From positions 1-61,045 of the forward strand of contig JBBRLJ010000032.1 of the NCBI GenBank assembly GCA_038231435.1: a stretch of 61,045 nt of DNA, written 5' to 3'. This stretch comes from Planctomycetota bacterium (GTDB taxonomy: Bacteria; Planctomycetota; UBA11346). The translations under genes were made by a program, and so were the position numbers. Shown piece after piece: positions 35,718 to 44,964 of this stretch. Numbering within the stretch: the stretch's first letter is position 1; the number at the start of each line of letters is the position of its first letter. The notes below the pieces were generated by a model that was not told the origin of the DNA, did no database searches, and saw only the letters and a program-made list of their open reading frames with translations.

Positions 35718-36997
35718 AGGCCGAGCTCGCGGGCGGTGGGCAGGCGGGCAAGATCCGCCGCGCGCAGGCGCAGGTGCAGTGCGCGCTGCCAGCGGTGGGG
35801 CATGAAGATGTGCAGGTCGCCGTGCGCCGCGATGACGTCCACGTACGAGCATTGGTGATCGAACCACGCGTTGCCGTTCGCGGCTGGATCCGGAGCCAGC
35901 GCGTTGGCGAGCAGCAGGCGCGGCTCGTTCCAGGTTCGACCACCATCTTGCGACAATGCCACCCACAGCTGTCCGCGGTCGCTCATCGCCGAGCTGTTGA
36001 AGTGGTCGCCGGTGTGCGAGTTGTGGTGGAACGCGGCGAGGGTCTTGCCGTCCTCGAGCAGGAACAGCATCGGCGGCGCGTCGGGGTGCACCAGTGGGCT
36101 CGGTTCGGGCTCGCTCCAGGTGCGGCCGTCGTCGAGGCTCCGGGCATGCCAGACCCTGCCGGTGGTGGTGCGTGCCTGCGCGTACACCTCGTCTCCGGCG
36201 AGCGCGATCGGCCGCATCTCGTCCATGCGGTCGGATGCGGGCACGAACCAGCCATCGGGGCGCGGCTTCGGCGACACCGTCCAGGTCGTGCCGCGGTCCT
36301 CGCTGCGCAGCAGGTACTGGCGGGTGCGCGTGCTGTGCGTGCCGTCGTCGCGCTTGAACCACTTGGTCCCGGTGTGCGCGCCGATCAGCCAGGTGCCGCG
36401 CGAGGTCTCGGTCATGCGCTGGACCGACATCCCCTGGAATCCGGGATCGTCGACCGGTTCGATGAAGCGCACATCCGACCAGGTGCGGCCGTCGTCGTCG
36501 GACCTGCGCCAGCCGATGGCCGCGTTCTCTACGCCGTTGAAGCGGTCGAGGGCGGGCTGGGTACCGAAGCAGTACAGGCTGGCGGTGCCTTTCGGCTGGA
36601 GCGGCACGAACCCGTGCTGGTTGAAGGCCTGGTCGAATGGCACGAAGGGGGCTGACCAAGTCGCGCCGCGGTCGCCCGAGCGCAGGGCCAGCATGCGGTT
36701 CACCTTCTCGGTGGTGCTGCCGTAATGGCCATTCGGCCCTCCTCGACGAGTGTTCGCGAGACCGTCGGGGAACATCAGCAGCAAGTCTCCTCCGGCGGTC
36801 AATGCGGCGCGCGTCTCGTACAGCCCGCCGTGCGGATTGCGGTAGAGCAGCGAGCCGCGTATCGACTCGTGGAGCAGCAGCCCGACGCGCTCGTCGACGC
36901 GGAAGCCGCGGGGCGGCTTGGCCGCAGACACCGTGGACAGGCCGAGGCGGATGGCCGGCAGGATGGGTTCGGTGGCGGTGGCTGACTTGGCGGTCAT
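35714..36997 (-). CDS. BNR/Asp-box (sialidase-like) beta-propeller protein
   Basis: Five Asp boxes (SGDRGATW, SDDDGRTW, SEDRGTTW, SLDDGRTW, SQDGGRTW); C-terminal SY; no signal peptide. Confidence 0.88.
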   Translation of the reverse strand: MTAKSATATEPILPAIRLGLSTVSAAKPPRGFRVDERVGLLLHESIRGSLLYRNPHGGLYETRAALTAGGDLLLMFPDGLANTRRGGPNGHYGSTTEKVNRMLALRSGDRGATWSAPFVPFDQAFNQHGFVPLQPKGTASLYCFGTQPALDRFNGVENAAIGWRRSDDDGRTWSDVRFIEPVDDPGFQGMSVQRMTETSRGTWLIGAHTGTKWFKRDDGTHSTRTRQYLLRSEDRGTTWTVSPKPRPDGWFVPASDRMDEMRPIALAGDEVYAQARTTTGRVWHARSLDDGRTWSEPEPSPLVHPDAPPMLFLLEDGKTLAAFHHNSHTGDHFNSSAMSDRGQLWVALSQDGGRTWNEPRLLLANALAPDPAANGNAWFDHQCSYVDVIAAHGDLHIFMPHRWQRALHLRLRAADLARLPTARELGL

Positions 36998-37110
36998 GGT
37001 GCCTCGGAGGGGGTAAAGCTCAGGTCCTGAGCGTGCCGACAGGCCACATTTTCTGATAATGGAATGGTTTTCTACGGTAATTACCACGACCGATGGTACT
37101 TTCGTAAGGC

Positions 37111-37971
37111 ATGGACCCAGCCGAGAGCCGCGTGGTGCTGCTCGCCCGCTTCGCTGGCCTGCTCGCGCGGCCGCTCGAGCGCGTGATCTACGCCCATCCG
37201 GGCCATCGGCCGAGCGAAGCGCACCAGTGCCCGGCGGTCCCGCGCATGACCTTTGTCACCGCCGGCTGCAAGCACATCGCACTCGGCGACGGGCGGCGCG
37301 CCATCGAGGTGCGCGTGCCGGCGGGGTCGGCGATCTTCATGCCGCCACTCGGCTGGACGGCGCCGCGCTACGATTCACCGCGCGAAATGGTCGCGGTGGT
37401 CTTCCATCGGGATCACACCCGCTACCTGTGGAGCGTCCACGACGCGCGCGGCGGTCCGCGCGCGCCCGATGCGTGGTACCACGCGCCGGTGACGATGCGC
37501 GGCGCCGCTGCGCATCTGATCCAGGCGTTGTGCGCTCGCTCACGCGAGATGCGCGGACGCGAGCCCGGTGAGACCGACGCCCGGTTGCTCGATGTGCTGG
37601 TGCGCATGGCGCGCGACGAGCTCGAGCTCGCTCCGGTCGAGCGCACCGGGCGCGCGCGCGCCACCTGGCAGGCGCTGCGCGAGTATGTGGTCGAGCACCA
37701 CCACCGCGCCATCGACCGTAATGTCGTGGCCGAGTCCTTCGGCCTGCATCCCAATTATGTCTCGACGCTGTTCCTGGAGCAGGGCGGCGAGACCTTCGCG
37801 CGTTTCCTGACGCGCCTGCGCATGGAGCGCGCGGCTGAGCTGCTGCGCGCCGGCGGTCTAGGCGTGTCCCAGGTTGGCAAGGCGTGCGGATATGCCGACC
37901 CCGGCTACTTCATCAAGGCCTTCCGGCGTTTCCATCGCACTACACCCGGGGCTTTCGCCCGCGTGGAATGA
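37111..37971 (+). CDS. AraC family regulator (paralogue of 31471-32391)
   Basis: PRMTFV...IFMPPLGW; ATWQALREYV; LHPNYVSTLF; ACGYADPGYFIKAFRR. Confidence 0.92.
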   Translation: MDPAESRVVLLARFAGLLARPLERVIYAHPGHRPSEAHQCPAVPRMTFVTAGCKHIALGDGRRAIEVRVPAGSAIFMPPLGWTAPRYDSPREMVAVVFHRDHTRYLWSVHDARGGPRAPDAWYHAPVTMRGAAAHLIQALCARSREMRGREPGETDARLLDVLVRMARDELELAPVERTGRARATWQALREYVVEHHHRAIDRNVVAESFGLHPNYVSTLFLEQGGETFARFLTRLRMERAAELLRAGGLGVSQVGKACGYADPGYFIKAFRRFHRTTPGAFARVE

Positions 37972-38022
37972 GCTCGGCCGGCACGCGCAGTTCTCAAGCA
38001 GGTACGTGCTTGGGCCCTCGCA

Positions 38023-38451
38023 TCAGCCCGCGGACATCGGCGGATCAACTTCGAGATAGGGCTCCAGCTGCTTGAGTAAGTCGAGCAGCGCGTCGAAGCT
38101 CGCAGGCTTGGTCACGAATTCCCTCGCGCCCAGGCGCAGGCAGCGATCACGGTCGTTCGGAGCGTCGGATGTGGTCATCACCACCACCGCGGAGTTCTTG
38201 CACAGCGCGCGCTGCTCGATGAAGCGGAGCACTTCGTAGCCGTTCGCGCGCGGCATGTTGAGATCGAGCAGGATCAGGCGCGGGCAGTCGCCCGCGTCGG
38301 CCAGGGCGCCGAGCACCGCCTGGGCCTGGATGCCGTCGCCGGCATGGTCGAGCCGCACTGGCACCTCGTTGGCCGAGAAGCCGAGCTCGATGAGCTCGAT
38401 GTCGCCGGGGTTGTCGTCGATGACCAGGATGTGCGCGGGTTCGCGGATCAT
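38023..38451 (-). CDS. Single-domain response regulator (Rcp1-like)
   Basis: ILVIDDNPGD, ILLDLNMP, VVMTTS, FVTKP. Confidence 0.93.
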   Translation of the reverse strand: MIREPAHILVIDDNPGDIELIELGFSANEVPVRLDHAGDGIQAQAVLGALADAGDCPRLILLDLNMPRANGYEVLRFIEQRALCKNSAVVVMTTSDAPNDRDRCLRLGAREFVTKPASFDALLDLLKQLEPYLEVDPPMSAG

Positions 38452-39914
38452 GACGGCTGTGCCAAACGCAGGCCGGCGACTGGGGCGGCATCGGGCAGGA
38501 CGGGCTGCGCGGCCGCTGGAGTTGGATCGCAGGGTATCCTGAGCATGAACACCGAGCCGCCGGCTGCGCGCGATTCGACCCACAGCTCGCCGTGATGCTG
38601 GTCGACGATCTTTCGGCAGATGGCCAGGCCCATGCCGTTGCCGGGATATTCGTCGCGGCCGTGCAGACGCTGGAAGACCGCGAAGATCTGCTGCCGGTAC
38701 GCGGGATCGATGCCGATGCCGTTGTCGGCGATCGAGATCACCCAGTCGCTGCCGATGCGCTTTGATGTCACATCGATGACCGGATCGCGATCCTTGGCGT
38801 GGAACTTCAGCGCGTTGCCGATCAGGTTCTGGAAGACCAGCGCCAACTTGGTGCGCTCTCCGGAGATGGTGGGCAGCTCGCCGATGCGCATGGTGGCTCG
38901 GGTCTCAGAGATCCTCTCCTGGAAGGTTGCGAGGACCTCGTTCACCACCTGAGTCAGGTCGACCGGCAGATGGTTCTCCTGCACGTGGCTGGTCCGGGTG
39001 AACGACATCAGGTCGTTGATCAGTGTCTGCATGCGCGTCGCGCCATCGACGGCGAAATGCAGGAAGCGGCGGTGCTGATCGGAGAGGTTGGCTCCGAGCT
39101 GGCGCTCGATCAGGCCCATGTACTGGGTGACCATGCGTAGCGGCTCCTTGAGGTCGTGCGACGCGACGTACGCGAACTGCTCGAGCTCGGCGTTGGTCGC
39201 CGCGAGCTCGTCGGCACGCCTGGCGATCTGGGCGAGCATGTGGTTGAAGGCGTCGGTGAGCATGGCCAGCTCGCCAGTGCCGCCGTGCGTCGGAGCGCGT
39301 ACACTGTAGTCCTTCTTCTCGGCCACGGCGCGCGCGATCTCGGCGAGCGCGAGGATCGGCTCCGAGATCGGCCGCTGCAGGCGCGACGAGAGAGCGAATG
39401 CCAGCGCCAGCGACACCGCGAGGACGATCAGCGCGATCCCCGAGAAGAGCTTCAGGCGGTCGTACATCCGCCGCAGATCCGTGCGCAGGTAGATGGTGCC
39501 GATCGTCTTCCCATCGAGGACGATGGGCCGGTAGATCTCGAGCGCCCCCACCGCGAACTGGTTGCCGCTGTGGGCGACGGCCAACGGCAACTGCGGGGCC
39601 GAGCCCGAGCGGACGAAGTCTGCGAACGGCTGATTCGATGCGCCGAACACCCGCGCAGCGATCACGCCGGGCTCGGCCTGCAGGGCGCCGAGCACCTTCC
39701 GCGCCGCGTCCGCGTCGTCGAAGGTGAGCGCCGCCTGGGTGTTCTCGCCCAGGATGTCGGCGAGCACCGTCGCGTCGCGCACGGTCGCGCTGCGGAAATC
39801 CAGCAATTCGTATACCGCGAGGGCGGTGCAGGCGAGCAGCAGCACCGCGGAACATGTGACCAGGATGATCAGCGTCAGCTTGCGCTTGATCGGCAGGTTC
39901 GTGACCCAATCCAT
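38448..39914 (-). CDS. Sensor histidine kinase (periplasmic sensor + HAMP + HisKA + HATPase)
   Basis: Two TM segments; HAMP; FAYVASHDLKEPLR; NLIGNALKF; DNGIGI; GMGLAIC. Confidence 0.95.
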   Translation of the reverse strand: MDWVTNLPIKRKLTLIILVTCSAVLLLACTALAVYELLDFRSATVRDATVLADILGENTQAALTFDDADAARKVLGALQAEPGVIAARVFGASNQPFADFVRSGSAPQLPLAVAHSGNQFAVGALEIYRPIVLDGKTIGTIYLRTDLRRMYDRLKLFSGIALIVLAVSLALAFALSSRLQRPISEPILALAEIARAVAEKKDYSVRAPTHGGTGELAMLTDAFNHMLAQIARRADELAATNAELEQFAYVASHDLKEPLRMVTQYMGLIERQLGANLSDQHRRFLHFAVDGATRMQTLINDLMSFTRTSHVQENHLPVDLTQVVNEVLATFQERISETRATMRIGELPTISGERTKLALVFQNLIGNALKFHAKDRDPVIDVTSKRIGSDWVISIADNGIGIDPAYRQQIFAVFQRLHGRDEYPGNGMGLAICRKIVDQHHGELWVESRAAGGSVFMLRIPCDPTPAAAQPVLPDAAPVAGLRLAQPS

Positions 39915-40624
39915 CACGGCTGCTTCTCTGGGTCGTCCGGCGCGTATGGCTTGCCGACGCTCAGCAGCTGCGCGCTGAGCTTCAACCCGAGCCCCTGGGC
40001 GATGGCCTGGTTGATCCGGAAGCGCACTTTGTTGGCGTCGAGATAGAACTGCATGACGCCGCCGAGCTGGCAGAAGCCGTCGACATCGCTGACCGTGAGC
40101 GTCGGCGACGAGCGCAGCACGGCCAGGATATCGTGCAGATGCGCGCTCTCCGACTTGCTGACGAAGACCAGCTGGCAATCCTTCAGGTCTTCGGCTTTCT
40201 GGGAGCGCAACACCGCCAGCTTGCGATCGCGGACGCGCTCGCCGCGGACGGTCTCGTCGAGAGAGGTACCGAAGGGATCCTCGCCGAGGATGCCGATGGT
40301 GATCGGCGTGTCCGATTGGGCGAACGCCGATGCCGGCCATTCGACGAATTTCGCAAAGTTGAAGAGGAACGCGGCCTTGATGCGGTATTCTTTGTCCTTC
40401 GCCTCGCGGGCCTCGCGCGTGTCCTTGATACCTGGCGACTCGCTCGCCGAGAGCTCGGCCGGAAACCGCGCCATGCCTGCCACCATCAGCAGGATCAGCA
40501 GCATTGTCCGCATCATCCGCACAGAGAACGCCGCGATGGACACGCGCCCGCGGCGCCGCGCGCGTGCGCAGGGTCCAGGCAGGCCGCAGCCTGCGGGGAT
40601 CGCCATGCCGCTCAATGTGTCCAT
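39914..40624 (-). CDS. YfiR family (DUF4154) periplasmic protein
   Basis: EYRIKAAFLFNFAKFVEWP, IGILGEDPF, LKLSAQLL; true start may be downstream (about 40514). Confidence 0.9.
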   Translation of the reverse strand: MDTLSGMAIPAGCGLPGPCARARRRGRVSIAAFSVRMMRTMLLILLMVAGMARFPAELSASESPGIKDTREAREAKDKEYRIKAAFLFNFAKFVEWPASAFAQSDTPITIGILGEDPFGTSLDETVRGERVRDRKLAVLRSQKAEDLKDCQLVFVSKSESAHLHDILAVLRSSPTLTVSDVDGFCQLGGVMQFYLDANKVRFRINQAIAQGLGLKLSAQLLSVGKPYAPDDPEKQP

Positions 40625-42636
40625 ACGATCTTCAGGTAACCGCTGCGCTCGATCTCCTGGCGGGTCGCGGGCGGTCCGAATTCGGAGTGGTGGTCATGGA
40701 GTAGGTTCTGGCCGACCAGGGACAGTTCCACGTTCTCGGTCGGCGACCAGCCCAGGCGCAGATCCAGTTCTCCATAAGCGGGCACGCTGTTGTTGGCGAT
40801 GCTGCTGACGGCGCGGAAACCGGCGTCGAATTCCCACTGCCGTCCCAGATCGAACGACGAGTGCAGCTTGAGTACGTGCTCGGGGTCGTGCGATTCCGCC
40901 GAGCCCTGGCTGGTATCGTTGCTGCCGGGCTTGGCTCTGAGATGGACCCGCAACTCGGTGTAGCCGACGCGCAGGCGCCACCAGTCCGCAAGACGGCAGT
41001 CGCCGGTCGCCTCGACACCATACGATTCGCCGCGCAGGCCGTTGGCGATCGTCTGCGGCACGGGAGCCGGCGGAGCGACCTGCTCGACGCTGCGGATGTC
41101 GTGGTAATCGTTGTAGAAGGTCGAGAGCGCGAACGACATCGCCCGGTCGGGCTCCACGCGATATCCGAGCTCGTACGCGTAGAGCTTCTCGGATTCGAAG
41201 CCGGGGCCTCCTTGGAAGACCAAGAACGGCGGGGTGCCCGGCGCGTAGAGCTGGGTGTCCACACGCGAGGGGGTGCGCACCGCGCGCGACACCGCGCCCC
41301 AGACGGTGTTCTGTGAGTCGACGCGCCACGCCAGGCGTGCGCTCGGTTCGACCTCGAAGCCGCTGTAGTGGTTGTGCTCGACCTTCGAACCGATGGTGAA
41401 GAAGACCTGATCGCGGACCACGGTGATTTCATCCTGGGCGAAGCCGCTGAACACCTGGTAGACGACCTCGGGCGGCAGGAATGCGAAGTTCGTTGGGCTG
41501 CGGATGTCATCGTGGAAAACACGGTAGCCGAGCCCCCAGACCACGTCGTTGCGTGGTGCCAGCGGGAAGCGGTGCTGGAAATCCAAGTCCCAGGTATCGA
41601 GGTCCTCGATGATGGAATTGGGAATCGAGCGATGGGTGCGATCGTAATAGATCTGCAGCCTGAGGTTCGAGTCGTCGGCGATCGGATGCGTCCAGCGTCC
41701 AAGGGCGTTGCCGCCAGCGGCGCTGGTTGCCGAGGTGTTCATCTGGCCGATGACGTCCTTGTAGATGTCGCCTTGGAGCGTCAGCAGATCGGAGCCCAGC
41801 CCGTCGTAATCCATACGGAAGCCGCCCTGGCCGCTATCCCAGGCGCCGCTGCGGTCCTGGCCGTAGGGATCGACCAGGTCGTCGCGATGGAAGGACTTCT
41901 CGTAGACGCGGTAGAAGAGGTGCGGCTGCAGTTGCCCGCCGTAGCGGACGCCCTCGAAGCCCCGCACCGTGGTGCCGCCTCCGCCTTCGACGTACAGGCC
42001 CTGGGTCTGCATGGCGTTCTTGGTCGTCACGCTGATCACGCCGTTGACGGCGTTGGCGCCCCACAGCGTCGCCCCCGGGCCGCTGATCACCTCGATGCGA
42101 TCGACGTCGGCGAGCAGCGTGTCCTGAGTGTCCCAGAAAACTCCGGCGTAGAGCGGGGTGTACACCGTGCGCCCGTCTATCATCACCAGCATCTTGTCGG
42201 CGAGCGTGTTGTTGAATCCACGCGCGCTGATCGCCCAGCTGTGGTTGTCGACCTGGGCGACCGACAGGTTCGAGGCGATGCGCAGCGCCTCGGGCAGGTT
42301 GGTGGCGCCCGAGCGGCGGATCTCGTCCGAGGTGATGACCTGCACCGCCGACGCGGCCAGCGAGAGCTTCTCGGGCCGGCGAGACACCGAGATCACGGTG
42401 GCGACCTCGACGTTCATCAGCTCCTCGAGGCTCAGCTTCTTGTACGATGCGATGTCGGAGTCGTGGGTAGACTCGCCTTTCGCCGGGTTGGCCGCCGGCT
42501 CTACCGCCGGATGTTGGCCGGGCTGATCGGCCGCATGCGCGGCGCCCATCGATGCGAGCAGCGAGGTGAGGCAGGCGAGGAAACGCATCGGCGATGGAAC
42601 GGGGAACCGAGGCGCCGACGACTCTGGCGGGAGCAT
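40612..42636 (-). CDS. TonB-dependent outer-membrane receptor
   Basis: LSLEELMNVEV, plug motifs (ISARGFN, RIEVISGPGATLWGANAVNGVI), barrel end GQNLL; start uncertain (42654/42636/42588). Confidence 0.93.
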   Translation of the reverse strand: MLPPESSAPRFPVPSPMRFLACLTSLLASMGAAHAADQPGQHPAVEPAANPAKGESTHDSDIASYKKLSLEELMNVEVATVISVSRRPEKLSLAASAVQVITSDEIRRSGATNLPEALRIASNLSVAQVDNHSWAISARGFNNTLADKMLVMIDGRTVYTPLYAGVFWDTQDTLLADVDRIEVISGPGATLWGANAVNGVISVTTKNAMQTQGLYVEGGGGTTVRGFEGVRYGGQLQPHLFYRVYEKSFHRDDLVDPYGQDRSGAWDSGQGGFRMDYDGLGSDLLTLQGDIYKDVIGQMNTSATSAAGGNALGRWTHPIADDSNLRLQIYYDRTHRSIPNSIIEDLDTWDLDFQHRFPLAPRNDVVWGLGYRVFHDDIRSPTNFAFLPPEVVYQVFSGFAQDEITVVRDQVFFTIGSKVEHNHYSGFEVEPSARLAWRVDSQNTVWGAVSRAVRTPSRVDTQLYAPGTPPFLVFQGGPGFESEKLYAYELGYRVEPDRAMSFALSTFYNDYHDIRSVEQVAPPAPVPQTIANGLRGESYGVEATGDCRLADWWRLRVGYTELRVHLRAKPGSNDTSQGSAESHDPEHVLKLHSSFDLGRQWEFDAGFRAVSSIANNSVPAYGELDLRLGWSPTENVELSLVGQNLLHDHHSEFGPPATRQEIERSGYLKIVWTH

Positions 42637-42643
42637 GAGGGGC

Positions 42644-42880
42644 TCATCGCACATGCGCGCCGCCTTGTGCCTGGCGCTGCAGCACGTCGAGATCCTCGAT
42701 CGAGACCAGCGCCGCGACCGCGCGGCCGCGACGCGTGAGGACCACGCGTTCGCGTCCATAAGCGACGCGGTTCACCGCGTCGGCGATGTTCGCGCGCAGC
42801 TCGGCGGTCTTGACGCTATGGATAGCGCGGGGTTGGGGTGCCGCGCAGGGTATGGGCATGGCAGGAATCTCGGTCGACAT
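42644..42880 (-). CDS. Phd/YefM family antitoxin (orphan)
   Basis: TAELRANIADAVNRVAYGRERVVLTRRGRAVAALVSIEDL is the canonical Phd/YefM pattern; alternative start at 42859. Confidence 0.85.
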   Translation of the reverse strand: MSTEIPAMPIPCAAPQPRAIHSVKTAELRANIADAVNRVAYGRERVVLTRRGRAVAALVSIEDLDVLQRQAQGGAHVR

Positions 42881-43190
42881 GTACAACTGGAACGGCTCTC
42901 CGCGTGAACCTTGAACACTCGCCTAGAGATGTTTTATCACCTGGCGGTTAGTTCCCAATCCCGGAGCTCTTCTGTCGTCGGTGGCTGTTTCCCGAGGCCT
43001 ATACTGGGCTTACGAGATCCTAGGGACCCGCGGAGCGGCAGTGCCGACGCGCCCGGCACATTCCTGGGCCGTGCGCGGTCCGATCGCCGCCCCGAGAGGT
43101 AGCTCAATCAGCGCCCGCGCCGCACGCGCTACCCGCACGTCGCCGATCGCGGCGCCGTCGGCGTGCGCACCATGTGTGGGCTCGAACCGT

Positions 43191-44600
43191 CTACTTCTTT
43201 TTCGCGTAGACCCGGACGTAATCCACGTACATGTAGGTCGGATTCTTCACCTGATCGATCGGCCAGCCGCTGCCGAGCGCGAGATTGAGCAGCAGCATCA
43301 GCGGGCGTTTGTGCTCGGGGGGCGTCTTGGTCCTCCACACCGCCACGCCGTCGGCGTACATGGTGATCCAATCCGGTTCGACCATCACGCCATAATCGCG
43401 GAAGGAGTCGGTGCAGAAGCCGCGACTGGTGTAGGCGGTGTTGCCCTCGGCGTGGTGCGGCGCCGGCTCCCATACATGCACCACCGATTGGTAGGTCTCG
43501 GGCCGGCCGTAGTACTCGATGACGTCGATCTCGATCGTGCCGTCCTTGCCGGCTTGCGCATCGGTGCGGTCGAAGCTCGAGGCCAGCCAGAACGCTGGCC
43601 ACACGCCGACGCCGGATGGCAGCTTGGCGCGCATGACGAAATATCCGTACTGCTGCGCGAAGCCGTTACCCTTGCGGTCGTTCGAGGCGAGGCAGCCCGC
43701 GCCCCAGAAGCGTTTCCAACGGTCCGTCGCGATGAAAGCGTCGTCCTTGCGCGCCTCGATGCGCAGGATGCCATTGTCCACCGTGAACGGGAAGCCCGGC
43801 TGGGGATCCATGAAGGCGGCGTCGCCGAAATCCCCGTCCCATGGAGTATGCGCGATCCAACGCGTGCCCGGACCCCATGGCGAGACGTCTGGCACGGTGT
43901 CGAATTCATCGGCGAAGGTGAGTTCGTAGCCATCGAGGTTCAGGGTCTTGGGGCCGTCGGTGTCCGGCGTGGCCGGACGCGGCTTGCGGTTCGAGGACTG
44001 GTCGAGGTTCAGCGCCGTGGACGAGACCTCAAGGCGCACCCACGTGCCGGTGGCAGGCAGCGGGCCGACATGGACGGCGTGCGTGTCGGGATTCTCGTCT
44101 CCCCAGTAGGCGGCGTGATCCCAGGTGCCGTTCTGGTTGCAGCGCAGCATCACCTGCGTCGGCGGATGCACGGGATCGAGGTAGACATAGGCGAAGAGTG
44201 TGCTGGCGCGCGTGAGCGGCAGGCCTTCATCGAGGGTGAAAAGGTGCTCATGCGGGCCCTGCGCGATCGCCGACTGGTGCGACGCGCTGCCCGAGAACGG
44301 CGCCGGATCGCTGGTCACCCACGTCCAGGTATCTCCGCCCGAGCCCTGGGGGATGGCGTCGGTGGGCAACTTGTCCTCGATCCACACGGTCTCGATGCCG
44401 GCCTTGGCGGCGCCGGTCCTGCCCCAGGTGGCGCGTCCGTCTCGCAGGGAAAACGCCAGCTGCCAAACCGGGGCGACCTTGTCGCTCGCCGCCGCGCCAG
44501 GAGCAGCCGCAGGCGTCACCGGAGATCCGGTGGTTGGCCTGTCGCCACCGCACGACGCGCAGGCAAGCGCGAGCGCGGAGATCAGGATCAAGAGGCGCAT
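43191..44600 (-). CDS. Lipoprotein: uncharacterised beta-rich N-domain + GH16 glycoside hydrolase
   Basis: AAGGA RBS; signal ending ...LACASC; LTFADEF, YGYF..RAKLP, WPAFW, catalytic EIDVIE, NLALG, VDYVRVY. Confidence 0.88.
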   Translation of the reverse strand: MRLLILISALALACASCGGDRPTTGSPVTPAAAPGAAASDKVAPVWQLAFSLRDGRATWGRTGAAKAGIETVWIEDKLPTDAIPQGSGGDTWTWVTSDPAPFSGSASHQSAIAQGPHEHLFTLDEGLPLTRASTLFAYVYLDPVHPPTQVMLRCNQNGTWDHAAYWGDENPDTHAVHVGPLPATGTWVRLEVSSTALNLDQSSNRKPRPATPDTDGPKTLNLDGYELTFADEFDTVPDVSPWGPGTRWIAHTPWDGDFGDAAFMDPQPGFPFTVDNGILRIEARKDDAFIATDRWKRFWGAGCLASNDRKGNGFAQQYGYFVMRAKLPSGVGVWPAFWLASSFDRTDAQAGKDGTIEIDVIEYYGRPETYQSVVHVWEPAPHHAEGNTAYTSRGFCTDSFRDYGVMVEPDWITMYADGVAVWRTKTPPEHKRPLMLLLNLALGSGWPIDQVKNPTYMYVDYVRVYAKKK

Positions 44601-44615
44601 CGGATTTCCTTTAAG

Positions 44616-44633
44616 TATATCAGATTTGATATA
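44616..44633. promoter_or_regulatory. Palindromic operator, GntR-like
   Basis: TATATCA-GATT-TGATATA perfect 7-bp arms in an AT island 16 bp upstream of the GH16 start. Confidence 0.65.
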
Positions 44634-44964
44634 GTAAAATGCGGGCCGTGGTGGGACGTGACTCTGGAAAGTGGAGGCGAAGAGGGTGCTGGGCGGGCCT
44701 CTTGAGGCTCGCACAACACGCGGAAAAGTCCAGGGCTTCGACTCCATGATCCCGATCAGCCCGATCACCACCGGCATCCAGATGCCCTGCCTGCGTGCCC
44801 TCGGGGTATCTCCTGATATACCTCTTGGCGCTACCCACGCGCCATTCGTGGCCGGACTCTCTTCCCATGGCGAGCACGTGGCCAGGGCGGGTTGATGTCG
44901 CCGATGCATCATGTATCCCCTGAGCACCAAGCCACCACCACACGGTCTGGACAAGGAAAACCGC

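Noticed and set aside
42887..43190. Cobalamin or other riboswitch, or a toxin gene, upstream of the TonB receptor operon
   Set aside because: I could not find a B12 box or other conserved aptamer by eye, nor an ORF with toxin motifs; an Infernal/Rfam scan would be decisive.
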